From: a virus
Length of the DNA stretch: 64,000 bases
Virus record (IMG/VR): IMGVR_UViG_3300035671_000001
Span: 1-64,000 of that record
Direction: 5' to 3' (one strand)
A model generated the notes under the pieces. The model made no database searches. It saw only the letters and a program-made list of their open reading frames with translations, and had not been told where the DNA came from. The position numbers and the translations under genes were made by a program. Shown here in pieces: positions 1 through 8,867 of this stretch (the stretch's first letter is position 1; each line of letters opens with the position of its first letter).

Positions 1-1435
1 TGGTGGCTCCGGTACGGTGGCCAGCGATGCAATGACTGCTAACTTCGGGCAGTCGGCATACATTTATACCCGACCGATTGGGTTCGGCGACTGGCAAGCT
101 ACGATCACGACAGTTGTTGTGCCAACCTCGTTCAACGGCGTTCCCGTCAATACTGTATTGTCGAACAGTAATCTGACCGCGACGCATTCCAGCACCACTG
201 GCTCTTCGGGCGCGCGCAGCGCGATCAACAAGACCAATGGCAAATACTACTTCGAAGTCACGGTCGGGGAGACGAGGGGGCGCTTCGACTGCGTCGGACT
301 CATGTATTCTGGCGGCAACTTTTCCGGTATCGGTTCTGCCATCAATGTGACAGTTACCTATTGCTCCTTTGGGGGTGGCGGCATTTGGTATTACAGCAGT
401 GACACTGGAAAGAACGTCGAGGGCAACATCGTTGCCGGGGACATCATCGGCATTGCGACCGATTTGGACAACTTAAGAACTTGGTTTCGCAAGAACGGTG
501 GCCCCTGGAACGGGGACCCAACCGCTGATCCGGTGGTTGGAATCGGCTCAGTGGGCACGCCATCGAATCCCAGTCCATTCGTGGGGTTCGATGGTGTAGG
601 CACGGCGGTGGGAGACAACTTCACCGGCAACTTCGGGCAACTGCCCTTCACTTTTCCTGCACCGTCCGGTTACGGCATTTGGACAGTGCCTGCGATCCTG
701 CAGACGATAATTCCGAATATATGGATCGATAACGACGTGTTCTTTTTACCCACCTACGTCGCGGATCACGTGATACTTCAGGCGATCTCGGCCGTCATGA
801 GCAACGACGACGCTGTTTATGCGCCATCGGTAACGCAAGTGTCTGCTCCCGCTGTGTTCGCTAGTCCAGCAGCTACGGACATGGCGATAACGAACAACAG
901 TCTGACGGCGACTCGATCGGCGGTCACGATCGACGCCAGCGGTGCGGTTGGCAACGTCGTGCAGTCCACCGGCAAGTTCTACTGCGAGTTCGTCCGGGGT
1001 GCCTCGCACGGCGGCTCGGACAGCGTCGGACTCATGCTGAGCGGCCAGAGCGGGACCACCGGCTACACCAACATGCGCAACGGCCAGCTCTGCGCGACCT
1101 TCTTCACCAACTTCGGCCCCGGACAGATCTACGCCAACAACGGCAACCCGGGCTCGATCCCTGGAAGCCCGGTGGCTGGCGATGTCGTCGGTTGTGCCGT
1201 CGATCTCGGTGCGCACCTCGTCTGGTTCCGCAAGAACGGTGGGCTCTGGAACAACAGTGGCACGGCTAATCCCGCGACCGGTGTTGGTGGCTTCACTATC
1301 GCTGCCGGCAGTTACACCGCTGCCATCACCCTAGCGAACACGTCCACGATCGGCGACACGGTGACGGCAAATTTCGGGACAACGGCCTATCGCGACGCTG
1401 CGCCGAGCGGCTTCGCCAACTGGATGACACCATGA
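1..1435 (+). CDS. SPRY/concanavalin-like repeat virion (tail/receptor-binding) protein, 5'-truncated by the window edge
   Basis: Two copies of a G-K-[YF]-Y-x-E ... GD[IV][IV]G.A.DL...WFRKNGG.WN SPRY-like module; the frame is open upstream of position 17; a similar module sits inside 59583-62450. Confidence 0.65.
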   Translation, partial: GGSGTVASDAMTANFGQSAYIYTRPIGFGDWQATITTVVVPTSFNGVPVNTVLSNSNLTATHSSTTGSSGARSAINKTNGKYYFEVTVGETRGRFDCVGLMYSGGNFSGIGSAINVTVTYCSFGGGGIWYYSSDTGKNVEGNIVAGDIIGIATDLDNLRTWFRKNGGPWNGDPTADPVVGIGSVGTPSNPSPFVGFDGVGTAVGDNFTGNFGQLPFTFPAPSGYGIWTVPAILQTIIPNIWIDNDVFFLPTYVADHVILQAISAVMSNDDAVYAPSVTQVSAPAVFASPAATDMAITNNSLTATRSAVTIDASGAVGNVVQSTGKFYCEFVRGASHGGSDSVGLMLSGQSGTTGYTNMRNGQLCATFFTNFGPGQIYANNGNPGSIPGSPVAGDVVGCAVDLGAHLVWFRKNGGLWNNSGTANPATGVGGFTIAAGSYTAAITLANTSTIGDTVTANFGTTAYRDAAPSGFANWMTP

Positions 1436-2031
1436 CGGACGCGCCCATTATGACTGCGACGAGCGGCGACGATGGCCCCCCGATCGCGCCCGGCCGCTCG
1501 TGCGGTAAGTGCTCGATGTGTTGCAAGCTCCTGCACGTGATCGAACTTGATAAACCAGCGAACAAATGGTGCGAGCATTGTCGACCAGGATACGGCGGCT
1601 GCAAAATTTACGACACGCGCCCACATATCTGTCGAAGCTTTGCTTGCGGTTGGTTGATGTCACCGACGGTCGGGCCGGAATGGTATCCGCTGCTTTCGCA
1701 CATGATTCTCTCGCTGGGTGTGTTCAATGGCGTACAGACGGTGACAGTAACAGTCGACCCAAGATTTCCCTGGGTGTGGAAAGAATATCCGTACTACCAG
1801 CAACTCAAACAAATGGCGACTCGCGGCTTGCACGTTAAGTCACCCGACGACATTCTGATCGTGCATGTGCGGGTTGATAATCGCGTCTGGCTGGTATTGC
1901 CGAACGAAGATGTCGAGATCACAAATGGTTCGTACATCGTGAAGCTGGTTGCCGACAGTGCGTGGGGAATCGAACAGTTCACCTCGCCCGAGCAAGCTGC
2001 TGAGCGCGTCAACGAGTTGTTGAATTCCTGA
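1432..2031 (+). CDS. YkgJ-like CxxCxxCC cysteine-cluster protein
   Basis: RSCGKCSMCCK ... C.IYDTRPHICRSFAC motif. Confidence 0.7.
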   Translation: MTDAPIMTATSGDDGPPIAPGRSCGKCSMCCKLLHVIELDKPANKWCEHCRPGYGGCKIYDTRPHICRSFACGWLMSPTVGPEWYPLLSHMILSLGVFNGVQTVTVTVDPRFPWVWKEYPYYQQLKQMATRGLHVKSPDDILIVHVRVDNRVWLVLPNEDVEITNGSYIVKLVADSAWGIEQFTSPEQAAERVNELLNS

Positions 2032-2099
2032 TATTTCCGAGGTGCCTCAGCGCCATCCGGTCCCGGCATTGCGCTGAACACGAAGGCTCGCAGTTAGCT

Positions 2100-2136
2100 A
2101 AGGCCCTTACGGCTAGCTGCGGGCCTTTTCTATTTT
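2100..2136. terminator. Hairpin between convergent genes, probable intrinsic terminator
   Basis: AAGGCCC...GGGCCTTTTCTATTTT. Confidence 0.5.
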
Positions 2137-2642
2137 GGCGGCACCATCTCACGCACTTCGACGCGCAGCGCCGGCTTATCGGAATAGCGCTTGATGCAGC
2201 GTGCATCTATTACGCGGGCGTCGTCGCCCCAGACAATTCCCTTCACGGAATCCGCCGCGAGTTTGAGGAGGTTGTCGCAATCCGGTACTCCGATGGGAAG
2301 GATCACGCCAGCACGTGCGGCTTGCTTGCTCTTCCAATGCCAGCTCGGAGGGATCGGCAGGAAGGCGTGCACGAGCAATGCTACAGGCTGATCGGTAGGC
2401 TTGCGTCGATAACTGAGCATGGCGGCTTTTGCTGTCCAGGCGATTGCTTCGCGATATTGCGCCTCTTCCGATCTGACGTACCAATGAATGTAAGGCCCGT
2501 GCTTGCCTTTTCGGATCGTCGCACCTGCGCGCTCCCACGCCCGTGGCTCGCCGAGCAGCTCGAACACAACGAATGGATTGGTGGCCACCACCAGCGGTGC
2601 GGCCTCGGCAATCAGCGCGAGCTGGACGTCGGGCTCGGTCAG
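2130..2642 (-). CDS. rusA: RusA-family Holliday junction resolvase (start uncertain)
   Basis: PDCDNLLK...D...GIVWGDDARV matches the RusA catalytic motif. Confidence 0.85.
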   Translation of the reverse strand: MTEPDVQLALIAEAAPLVVATNPFVVFELLGEPRAWERAGATIRKGKHGPYIHWYVRSEEAQYREAIAWTAKAAMLSYRRKPTDQPVALLVHAFLPIPPSWHWKSKQAARAGVILPIGVPDCDNLLKLAADSVKGIVWGDDARVIDARCIKRYSDKPALRVEVREMVPPK

Positions 2643-3451
2643 AATAACGATCCTTGCGTTGGCTCCAGTGGTGCCGGTTCCTGCCGCTCGGGCTCCGGCT
2701 TCGGCGGCTCGGGCTGCGGCTTGTGGGCGGCACAGTACCAAGTACCGAGCTTGCCCCTCAATTGGCTGACGCCGAATCCAAACGCGCCCCATTCGCCGCA
2801 GTGGCAGTAATGGACGAAGTGGCCATCCTTGTCATAGCCGACGAAGCCAGCGCGATATCTCAAATCAATCAGCTCGGACATTGGTCGCAACTTGTCTTCG
2901 TGCATGACCCAATTGCCTTCTGTCATGTTCTCGTCTGAACTTACGACGCGGTGCTGCTCCTTGAACTGGCGCTTCGTCGCCCAGCCGGCAGGAAACCATT
3001 GATCGTCATGTGTGTGCTTCATCAATACGAGCGCGTCAAAAATCTTCTTGTCGTAGGTTCGCACTTTGTTGGCCGGCCAGAGCAAATGTCGTGAAGTGAA
3101 CTTCGTGGATTTTACATCGAGCACCCAACCGCGCCAAGGCACATCGCCTCCGTTATCTGGACCGGCAAGCCACTGCACATGATCTTCTGGGTTGCTGTAA
3201 CCGCACCAGACAGCGAAGGCGCATTCCGCCATCTTACTGTAGAACCAGCCCTCAAAATTTTTCTCGAAGTTGTGCGTCGAGTAGAATCGCGATTCCGGCC
3301 AATCGCCTTTTGCGTAGCCGTCGATCACTTGTTGAGCGTAATTACGGCAACGTTCTTTCAGCGCATCATTGAGCGCTATCAGCTTCGTAACCACGACAGG
3401 TCCATCCTTCGGTCGTTCCACGAGCGAACAATTCAAGACGTGTCTTTTCAT
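2639..3451 (-). CDS. Putative PD-(D/E)XK nuclease-like protein with C-terminal Zn finger (start uncertain)
   Basis: AE.AF ... PDNGGD ... LDVKS pattern; HYCHCG...WYCAAH. Confidence 0.5.
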   Translation of the reverse strand: MKRHVLNCSLVERPKDGPVVVTKLIALNDALKERCRNYAQQVIDGYAKGDWPESRFYSTHNFEKNFEGWFYSKMAECAFAVWCGYSNPEDHVQWLAGPDNGGDVPWRGWVLDVKSTKFTSRHLLWPANKVRTYDKKIFDALVLMKHTHDDQWFPAGWATKRQFKEQHRVVSSDENMTEGNWVMHEDKLRPMSELIDLRYRAGFVGYDKDGHFVHYCHCGEWGAFGFGVSQLRGKLGTWYCAAHKPQPEPPKPEPERQEPAPLEPTQGSLF

Positions 3452-4454
3452 TCTTGAAGTGCGGATACATCTTCTCGATCTCAGCGCGTATCTCTGGCGG
3501 CTTCACGCTGTGTTCGGTACGTGGAATGTGAAACAGCGATGGCGGCTTATAGAGCGGCCCAGGCATCTTGCCGCGCGTTCCGTAGAGAAGAATTTCGTGC
3601 CAGTTGATGAACACCAAGCCAAGCCCCGACTTCATCTTGTCCCACGCCGCACTTGCTCTGAATGTGAAGCCCCACGCTTCCATCACCTGCAATGCCTGCT
3701 CGATATTCGACGATGTGCACCAGAGCAGGAGCGCCGCATCCTTCGCTGCAAGCTCTAGGACGGATTGCTTGCCTACCTTGAACGATTTGATCTTGCCCAG
3801 ATCGAGCGTCGGATAGTGCATGTCGGGAGCACTGCCTTTGCCGGTCCAGTTGTAGGTGTCGAACGGCCACGGAGGATCGGCATAAATCAATGGGAATGGT
3901 CCGATCTTACCGGGTGGCTGTTGCTGTCCTGCTTTGGCGGCAATGTCCAAATGCTTGCGTTCTCGATTATCTAGTTGCCACCATGGTCGAGCGTGCCTCA
4001 GCAACCCGGAGATGGTCAGTGGTTCATCGGCCTTGTGCGCTGCTGTTACGGCCTTCTGCATTGCTGCATCTGGCATTGCACCAACACGTTGACGTTCCTT
4101 GGCGCTGGTCGCGGCAAGCGGCGGATTGAGAGCGGTGAGGAAGGCGCTGAACGTCGGGCGGGCTCCGCCCGACGTTAGATCGGTCTTCTTTATCCCCTTT
4201 AATCCTTGTGCTCGCTCGATGACTTTCAACAACTTACCGAGCTTCCAGAAGGCCCACATGCGAACTTCATTGATCTTCCTGAGCTGATCATTGGTATAGA
4301 GGCCGGATTCCCGCATTAGATTCTCGGCCTGTTCCAGTTTTGCCTCAAGCGGCCTGAGTGCTTCAGGCCGCTTGGCAGAGAAAATCGCCGTCTCCGCCTT
4401 GCTGATATTGATCGGCAACTTGGCAAGCGGCCGTCTCTTGACGATGTCGTGCAT
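3366..4454 (-). CDS. MT-A70-family N6-adenine methyltransferase
   Basis: IYADPPW, LLLWCT, HSVKP, RLELFARG..GW motifs. Confidence 0.9.
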   Translation of the reverse strand: MHDIVKRRPLAKLPINISKAETAIFSAKRPEALRPLEAKLEQAENLMRESGLYTNDQLRKINEVRMWAFWKLGKLLKVIERAQGLKGIKKTDLTSGGARPTFSAFLTALNPPLAATSAKERQRVGAMPDAAMQKAVTAAHKADEPLTISGLLRHARPWWQLDNRERKHLDIAAKAGQQQPPGKIGPFPLIYADPPWPFDTYNWTGKGSAPDMHYPTLDLGKIKSFKVGKQSVLELAAKDAALLLWCTSSNIEQALQVMEAWGFTFRASAAWDKMKSGLGLVFINWHEILLYGTRGKMPGPLYKPPSLFHIPRTEHSVKPPEIRAEIEKMYPHFKNEKTRLELFARGTTEGWTCRGYEADSAQ

Positions 4455-4909
4455 CAGGCGGCCCCGGCCTGCTCCTCGACTTCACGCGGATAGCTCACCA
4501 CGTTCTCCGATGATTCTCCGATCGGCCCGTCGTCCTCCTCGCTGATCGCCGGCAGGAGCTGTCCCTGTTCCTGTGCCAGCCGATCGAGTCCGGATTTCGC
4601 CCGCATGTCGTCAAAGTGTGCAAGCAATATCCAGAGCTTGCCCCGGTCCTTATTGCCGAGCCGATGGAGCCGTTTGATCAGGCCAAAGGCACCGGTGTGG
4701 AGATGCTTTTTATCGGCGTAATCCCGGATCAGTTCGCCCATGGAGCCGCTCGCGGTCGAGACTTTGTTTTGATAGATCAAACACTGTTCGAGCAGTCGGT
4801 TGAGATCGTTACGGGCGATCAAGGGGAAGGCTTTTTTAACCGCCTTGCCGCTCTTGCCGCCCTTGCTTGCCTTTGGTGCCGGTGCTCGCTTGATTGCCTT
4901 CTTCGCCAT
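4454..4909 (-). CDS. Hypothetical protein, possibly a distant GapR/DUF2312-like DNA-binding protein
   Basis: Basic N-terminus; helical core pattern resembles DUF2312; GGAGG-like RBS. Confidence 0.35.
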   Translation of the reverse strand: MAKKAIKRAPAPKASKGGKSGKAVKKAFPLIARNDLNRLLEQCLIYQNKVSTASGSMGELIRDYADKKHLHTGAFGLIKRLHRLGNKDRGKLWILLAHFDDMRAKSGLDRLAQEQGQLLPAISEEDDGPIGESSENVVSYPREVEEQAGAA

Positions 4910-4954
4910 AGGGGCCTCCTTTGCTTGGCCGAATCGGCCGCAGCGAGTAGGCGC

Positions 4955-5170
4955 CTATGGCGGTGGCGGTTCAAGGCGTCGGGACGTCCATTGCAAGAAG
5001 CCTGAGATGTGGGCGGCGAAATCCAAGGACGCTGCCAAGCGCAACCAGTGGCGCTCCAGGCGCCGATACTCGCGCTGCATTTGTGGAGTGGGGGCGGACA
5101 CGGCGCGGAGCCGTGCGAGCGACGCCTCCTCATGGCAGGCGACGATCTGATCACTGAGACGCGCTAACAT
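4955..5170 (-). CDS. Small hypothetical protein typical of Rhizobiales
   Basis: GAGGGA RBS before ATG; LERHWLRLAAS.DF pattern. Confidence 0.5.
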   Translation of the reverse strand: MLARLSDQIVACHEEASLARLRAVSAPTPQMQREYRRLERHWLRLAASLDFAAHISGFLQWTSRRLEPPPP

Positions 5171-5276
5171 TCCCTCGACCTCACGCACCCCGTCGGGACG
5201 TTAAGCGTGATTCGCAGATTTCGGCAAGAATAAAATGCGCCTTGTGCACTCGGACAATCTGGCCTACATACAGATG

Positions 5277-5352
5277 GCGAGCCTAGATCAGCGAGAGCAC
5301 CATATGCCGAGAGCGAGCCAGGAGACCTGAGAGCACCACGATCCGATAGCGC
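5277..5352 (+). ncRNA. TIGR mini-array, 2 units
   Basis: GCGAGCC-TAGATCAGC-GAGAGCACC-ATATGCCGA-GAGCGAGCC-AGGAGACCT-GAGAGCACC-ACGATCCGA. Confidence 0.85.
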
Positions 5353-5384
5353 CATTAACCCCAATAGACTGAAGAGGTAGAAAA

Positions 5385-6194
5385 ATGACAGACCCACGAA
5401 TGGGCGACAACGTCGACGCGCCCTACGCCGAAGGCATTGTTGATCGACTTGCGCAGGACTACGCCGAACTCATTACCAATAGCGCCGAAGCGATCCGAGA
5501 TGCTGAAGACCTGCCGCTGATCGTCGAGAGCACCATCGACGTAGCTACACTTTCCAGCATGGTCATCAAGCTGCGCGATCTTGCTGGCCGCATTGCCTCA
5601 CATCACAAGGCGGAAAAGGAGCCGTTTTTACGTGGCGGCACTGCCGTCGACAATTTCTTTCTGAAGCCGAAGGAGAAGCTCAACGGCAAGCGCAAAGAGC
5701 TGGAATCTCGCGTCGATGTTTTCCAGCAGCGCAAGCTGGCGGAGGAACGCGCTAAACGTGCGGCGGAGGCGGCGGCAGCTCGACAGCGACAGCTCGAAGC
5801 GGAGCGTGCCAGTCAGGCGGCAGAAGCGGCGGCACGGCGGGCGCGCTCGGCAGAGACTGCGGAGATTCGAAGGGCTGAGGCGGCACGTGCCAAGGTCGAG
5901 GAGGAGATGGCCACAGCCAAGGCGGACGAAACCAAGTTGGCCACCTTGGCAACAGGCGGCTCGCTGGTGCGCGAACGTTTTCAGGGCGACGATCGCTCTG
6001 GCATGGCCACGATGCGCAAGAAGAAAACGGCTATGGTGACTGACATTGCCGAACTCGATCTTGAGAAACTGCGCTTCTACTTCAAGCCCGAGCATCTTGA
6101 GCAAGCACTGCGTGCATGGGCGACTGCGACGGACTATAACGATCAGATGGCCGGCGCGATCGTCAGCAAGGGTGATACCACAATGATCCGTTGA
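5385..6194 (+). CDS. Coiled-coil phage protein of the recombination module
   Basis: GAGGT RBS; Ala/Glu/Arg-rich helix; EKEPFLRGG.AVD.FF motif. Confidence 0.6.
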   Translation: MTDPRMGDNVDAPYAEGIVDRLAQDYAELITNSAEAIRDAEDLPLIVESTIDVATLSSMVIKLRDLAGRIASHHKAEKEPFLRGGTAVDNFFLKPKEKLNGKRKELESRVDVFQQRKLAEERAKRAAEAAAARQRQLEAERASQAAEAAARRARSAETAEIRRAEAARAKVEEEMATAKADETKLATLATGGSLVRERFQGDDRSGMATMRKKKTAMVTDIAELDLEKLRFYFKPEHLEQALRAWATATDYNDQMAGAIVSKGDTTMIR

Positions 6195-6320
6195 GTTACC
6201 GGACGCGGGGCATTCTTCAGTCGGGCAGCGGCGGGCTCGACTTATCGAAAAATGGCCTGCGGGTCCTGCGTTCCGGTGCGTTATTTTCTCCGTTCAAGGC
6301 CATTGACCGCCGCTCTTTTC

Positions 6321-6460
6321 GAGCCACCCGCAGGGAGTGCACCAAAAGGCGAGAGCGAACCACGACAGTTGAGAGTACCAGATCATCCGAGTGAGCCACG
6401 ACACTAGAGAGCACCAGATCATTCGAGCGAGCCATAACTGAAGAGAGCACCACGACGAAG
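6321..6460 (+). ncRNA. TIGR mini-array, 4 units
   Basis: 36-nt period with alternating GAGCGAGCC and GAGAG[CT]ACC repeats and 9-nt spacers. Confidence 0.9.
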
Positions 6461-6560
6461 AATGAGCGCACAGCTCAAGTTTACAAAATGGTCGGGCGCG
6501 CTCAAGGTCGTCAACCGCCGCACCTTTTTCACTGAGATGATTAGAAAGGAGAAAACGCCT

Positions 6561-7559
6561 ATGCCGCGTTCAGCAGTATGGCCAACCCTACGATACGGCG
6601 ATCTAGAGCGGGTCCACTCAATTGTCGAACAGGTAACGCCGGAGATGGCCAACGCCAAGATTCCCGGCGCGCTGTTCGAACGACAGCGACCGCTGCGTAA
6701 AAGCAACATTCTCAGATTGACTAACGAGATGAGGGAGGACCGCTTCTTGCCGGGAACGCAGATCGTGTTCTGCGTCACGCCGGATAACAAGGAAAGACTG
6801 GTCAACGGGCAGCATACGCTGACGTGCATTATCGAATCCGATCGGCCGCAATGGCTCACGATCACCTACATGCGGGCCGACAATATCGAGGATGTGGCAC
6901 AAATCTACAGCGTCCTCGATACGCAAGCGGTTCGCACCGTAGGCGATGCTTGTCGCGCGCATGGAGAGGAGATCACCTCAATTCCATATTTCCGGCAGCT
7001 CGCTTCTGCTGTGGGCATCATCGAGAACAACATGGAGCAGAAGGTAAGTATCAAGGGGCCAGCCTCGCGCGCTGGCCGCATCGCGCTGATGAAAGAATAC
7101 GAGGTGGCGGCACGAATGTTCGCCGGCACGATTGAGAGCGGCGGGCATGAACCGAAAAGCCGTATTCTGCGTGCAGCCATTATGGCCGTTGCGTTGGTGA
7201 CATTTCAGTATCAACCGTCGCTTGCGGCAGAGTTTTGGTCGGGTGTTGCCGATGATGAGGGGCTGGAGCGAAGGTCACCTGAGAAGACTTTGCTCACATA
7301 CCTGCGGGATGCGGATCGAAAGAAGTACCAGCAAGCGGGCGGTTGGCTACAGCGACAGATGCGCGTGAAGGCTGCGACATTGTGCTGGAATGCCAAGTTT
7401 CGAAACGAAGAACTTGAATTCATCAAACTCAACGCTTTCAAGCGCTATCGCTTGCTGGGCACGCGCTTTCATCACGGACTCTTCGACGACGAAACCGAGA
7501 TGCCTGATCCCATCATGTCGGACGAAGACAGCGTCGCCGCTTATTCCACGGGGAGCTGA
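6561..7559 (+). CDS. ParB-like/DGQHR-like N-terminal domain protein (in-frame upstream ATG at 6462)
   Basis: RQRPL...LVNGQHTL motif; AAAGGAG RBS at 6546-6551. Confidence 0.55.
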   Translation: MPRSAVWPTLRYGDLERVHSIVEQVTPEMANAKIPGALFERQRPLRKSNILRLTNEMREDRFLPGTQIVFCVTPDNKERLVNGQHTLTCIIESDRPQWLTITYMRADNIEDVAQIYSVLDTQAVRTVGDACRAHGEEITSIPYFRQLASAVGIIENNMEQKVSIKGPASRAGRIALMKEYEVAARMFAGTIESGGHEPKSRILRAAIMAVALVTFQYQPSLAAEFWSGVADDEGLERRSPEKTLLTYLRDADRKKYQQAGGWLQRQMRVKAATLCWNAKFRNEELEFIKLNAFKRYRLLGTRFHHGLFDDETEMPDPIMSDEDSVAAYSTGS

Positions 7560-7569
7560 GAGGTGTGTG

Positions 7570-8532
7570 ATGACGGCGCAGCTCAAATTCACCAAGTGGT
7601 CGGGCGGCTCGGTGGGCCGCCCCGGCCTATACGAAGACATGAGACTTGATCACTACCATGGCCGCGATGTGTGCGACGGCGTCTCGATCAGCTCTAGCGG
7701 ACTTCGCACGATCTTTAATGAAAGCCCGGCGCATTATTGGTGCGGCAGCGTGTACAACAAGGAGCGTATCGAGGAAGAGCCGAGCCGAGAAATGGTGATT
7801 GGGCGGGCCATGCACCATCTGATGTTAGGTGAGCCGTATTTCGCTGAAATTTTCCGGCGCGCGCCCACCGAGGTGCCAGATGCCAAGGGCGTTCTCAAGC
7901 CGTGGAGCCTGCAGCTCAACTACGCCAAGGAGTGGCGAGACGCGCGCAAGCGGGAGGGCAAAGAGATTATCTTTCCGAAAGAGGTTGAGCTGATCGAGGG
8001 CATGGCGCGGGCGCTCGGTGCACACGAGATGGTGCAGGCGGGCGCTTTCGACGGCTATGTCGAGCGCTCCGGATTTTGGCGCGACAAGGAGACTGGGATA
8101 TGGCTCAAGATCAGGCCCGACGTGATCCCGTCCGATAGCGGTGACGTCTGCGATCTCAAGACCACAGCGAGTGTGCAATGGAAAGATTTGCAGCGCACCG
8201 TTGCCGAGCTGGGATACGTTCAACAATTTGCACTGATGCGAGAGGTGCTCCGAAATCTCGGATTTCCGTTTGCCAGTGCCACGTTGATCTTTGTGGAGCG
8301 CAAGCCGCCGCATTGCGTGCGTGTTGTCTCGCTGCGCTCTACCGATCTAGATCGTGGCCAGCAGATGAATCGGTATGCGCTGCGGACGTTTGTGCGCTGC
8401 TACAAGTCGAAGAAGTGGCCGGGGCCGGGCGGGACGCGCCGGGACGCCGAAGAAATTTGGCTGCCGGATTGGGCTCGTGAAAGCGTCGAGGCCAGATTGG
8501 CCTCTATGCAAGAGGATGAACAAGCCGCATAA
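7570..8532 (+). CDS. RecE/exonuclease VIII-like PD-(D/E)XK exonuclease
   Basis: YH....ISSSGLR, G.A.H..ML, K.RPD....DLKT, GY..QFA motifs. Confidence 0.85.
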   Translation: MTAQLKFTKWSGGSVGRPGLYEDMRLDHYHGRDVCDGVSISSSGLRTIFNESPAHYWCGSVYNKERIEEEPSREMVIGRAMHHLMLGEPYFAEIFRRAPTEVPDAKGVLKPWSLQLNYAKEWRDARKREGKEIIFPKEVELIEGMARALGAHEMVQAGAFDGYVERSGFWRDKETGIWLKIRPDVIPSDSGDVCDLKTTASVQWKDLQRTVAELGYVQQFALMREVLRNLGFPFASATLIFVERKPPHCVRVVSLRSTDLDRGQQMNRYALRTFVRCYKSKKWPGPGGTRRDAEEIWLPDWARESVEARLASMQEDEQAA

Positions 8533-8545
8533 TATGTTTGCGGAC

Positions 8546-8581
8546 AGCCATCTGGCATGAGTGCACCAAAATTTGGGAGCG
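8546..8581 (+). ncRNA. Solitary TIGR unit
   Basis: AGCC-ATCTGGCAT-GAGTGCACC-AAAATTTGG-GAGCG, followed by a hairpin at 8589-8618. Confidence 0.8.
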
Positions 8582-8588
8582 ACTACAG

Positions 8589-8618
8589 GCGAGCCCGGTG
8601 AAATGCCGGGCTCGCTTT
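8589..8618 (+). terminator. Intrinsic terminator-like hairpin
   Basis: GCGAGCCCGG-loop-CCGGGCTCGC-TTT. Confidence 0.55.
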
Positions 8619-8635
8619 AACCAAACGGAGAACAT

Positions 8636-8851
8636 ATGAAGAAGCCAGCAAAGCCGTCTCCCACGATGGCTCTGAGCAAGAAGGATAACGACGTGGTGAC
8701 TACCGAAGCGCGTGCACCGTTGTCGCTTGAGCATATCCGCTCGGACAGTTTGCGCGCGCGTGTTGATGCTGTGCGGACGATCTCGGAGCTGGAATCGTGG
8801 CGGGACGAGATCGAGGCAACCATCGCGTTCTTGAAGGCGCAAAAGAAATAA
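8636..8851 (+). CDS. Hypothetical protein
   Basis: GGAG RBS; fits the operon. Confidence 0.55.
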   Translation: MKKPAKPSPTMALSKKDNDVVTTEARAPLSLEHIRSDSLRARVDAVRTISELESWRDEIEATIAFLKAQKK

Positions 8852-8867
8852 GCAGCGGGGTGACGTC

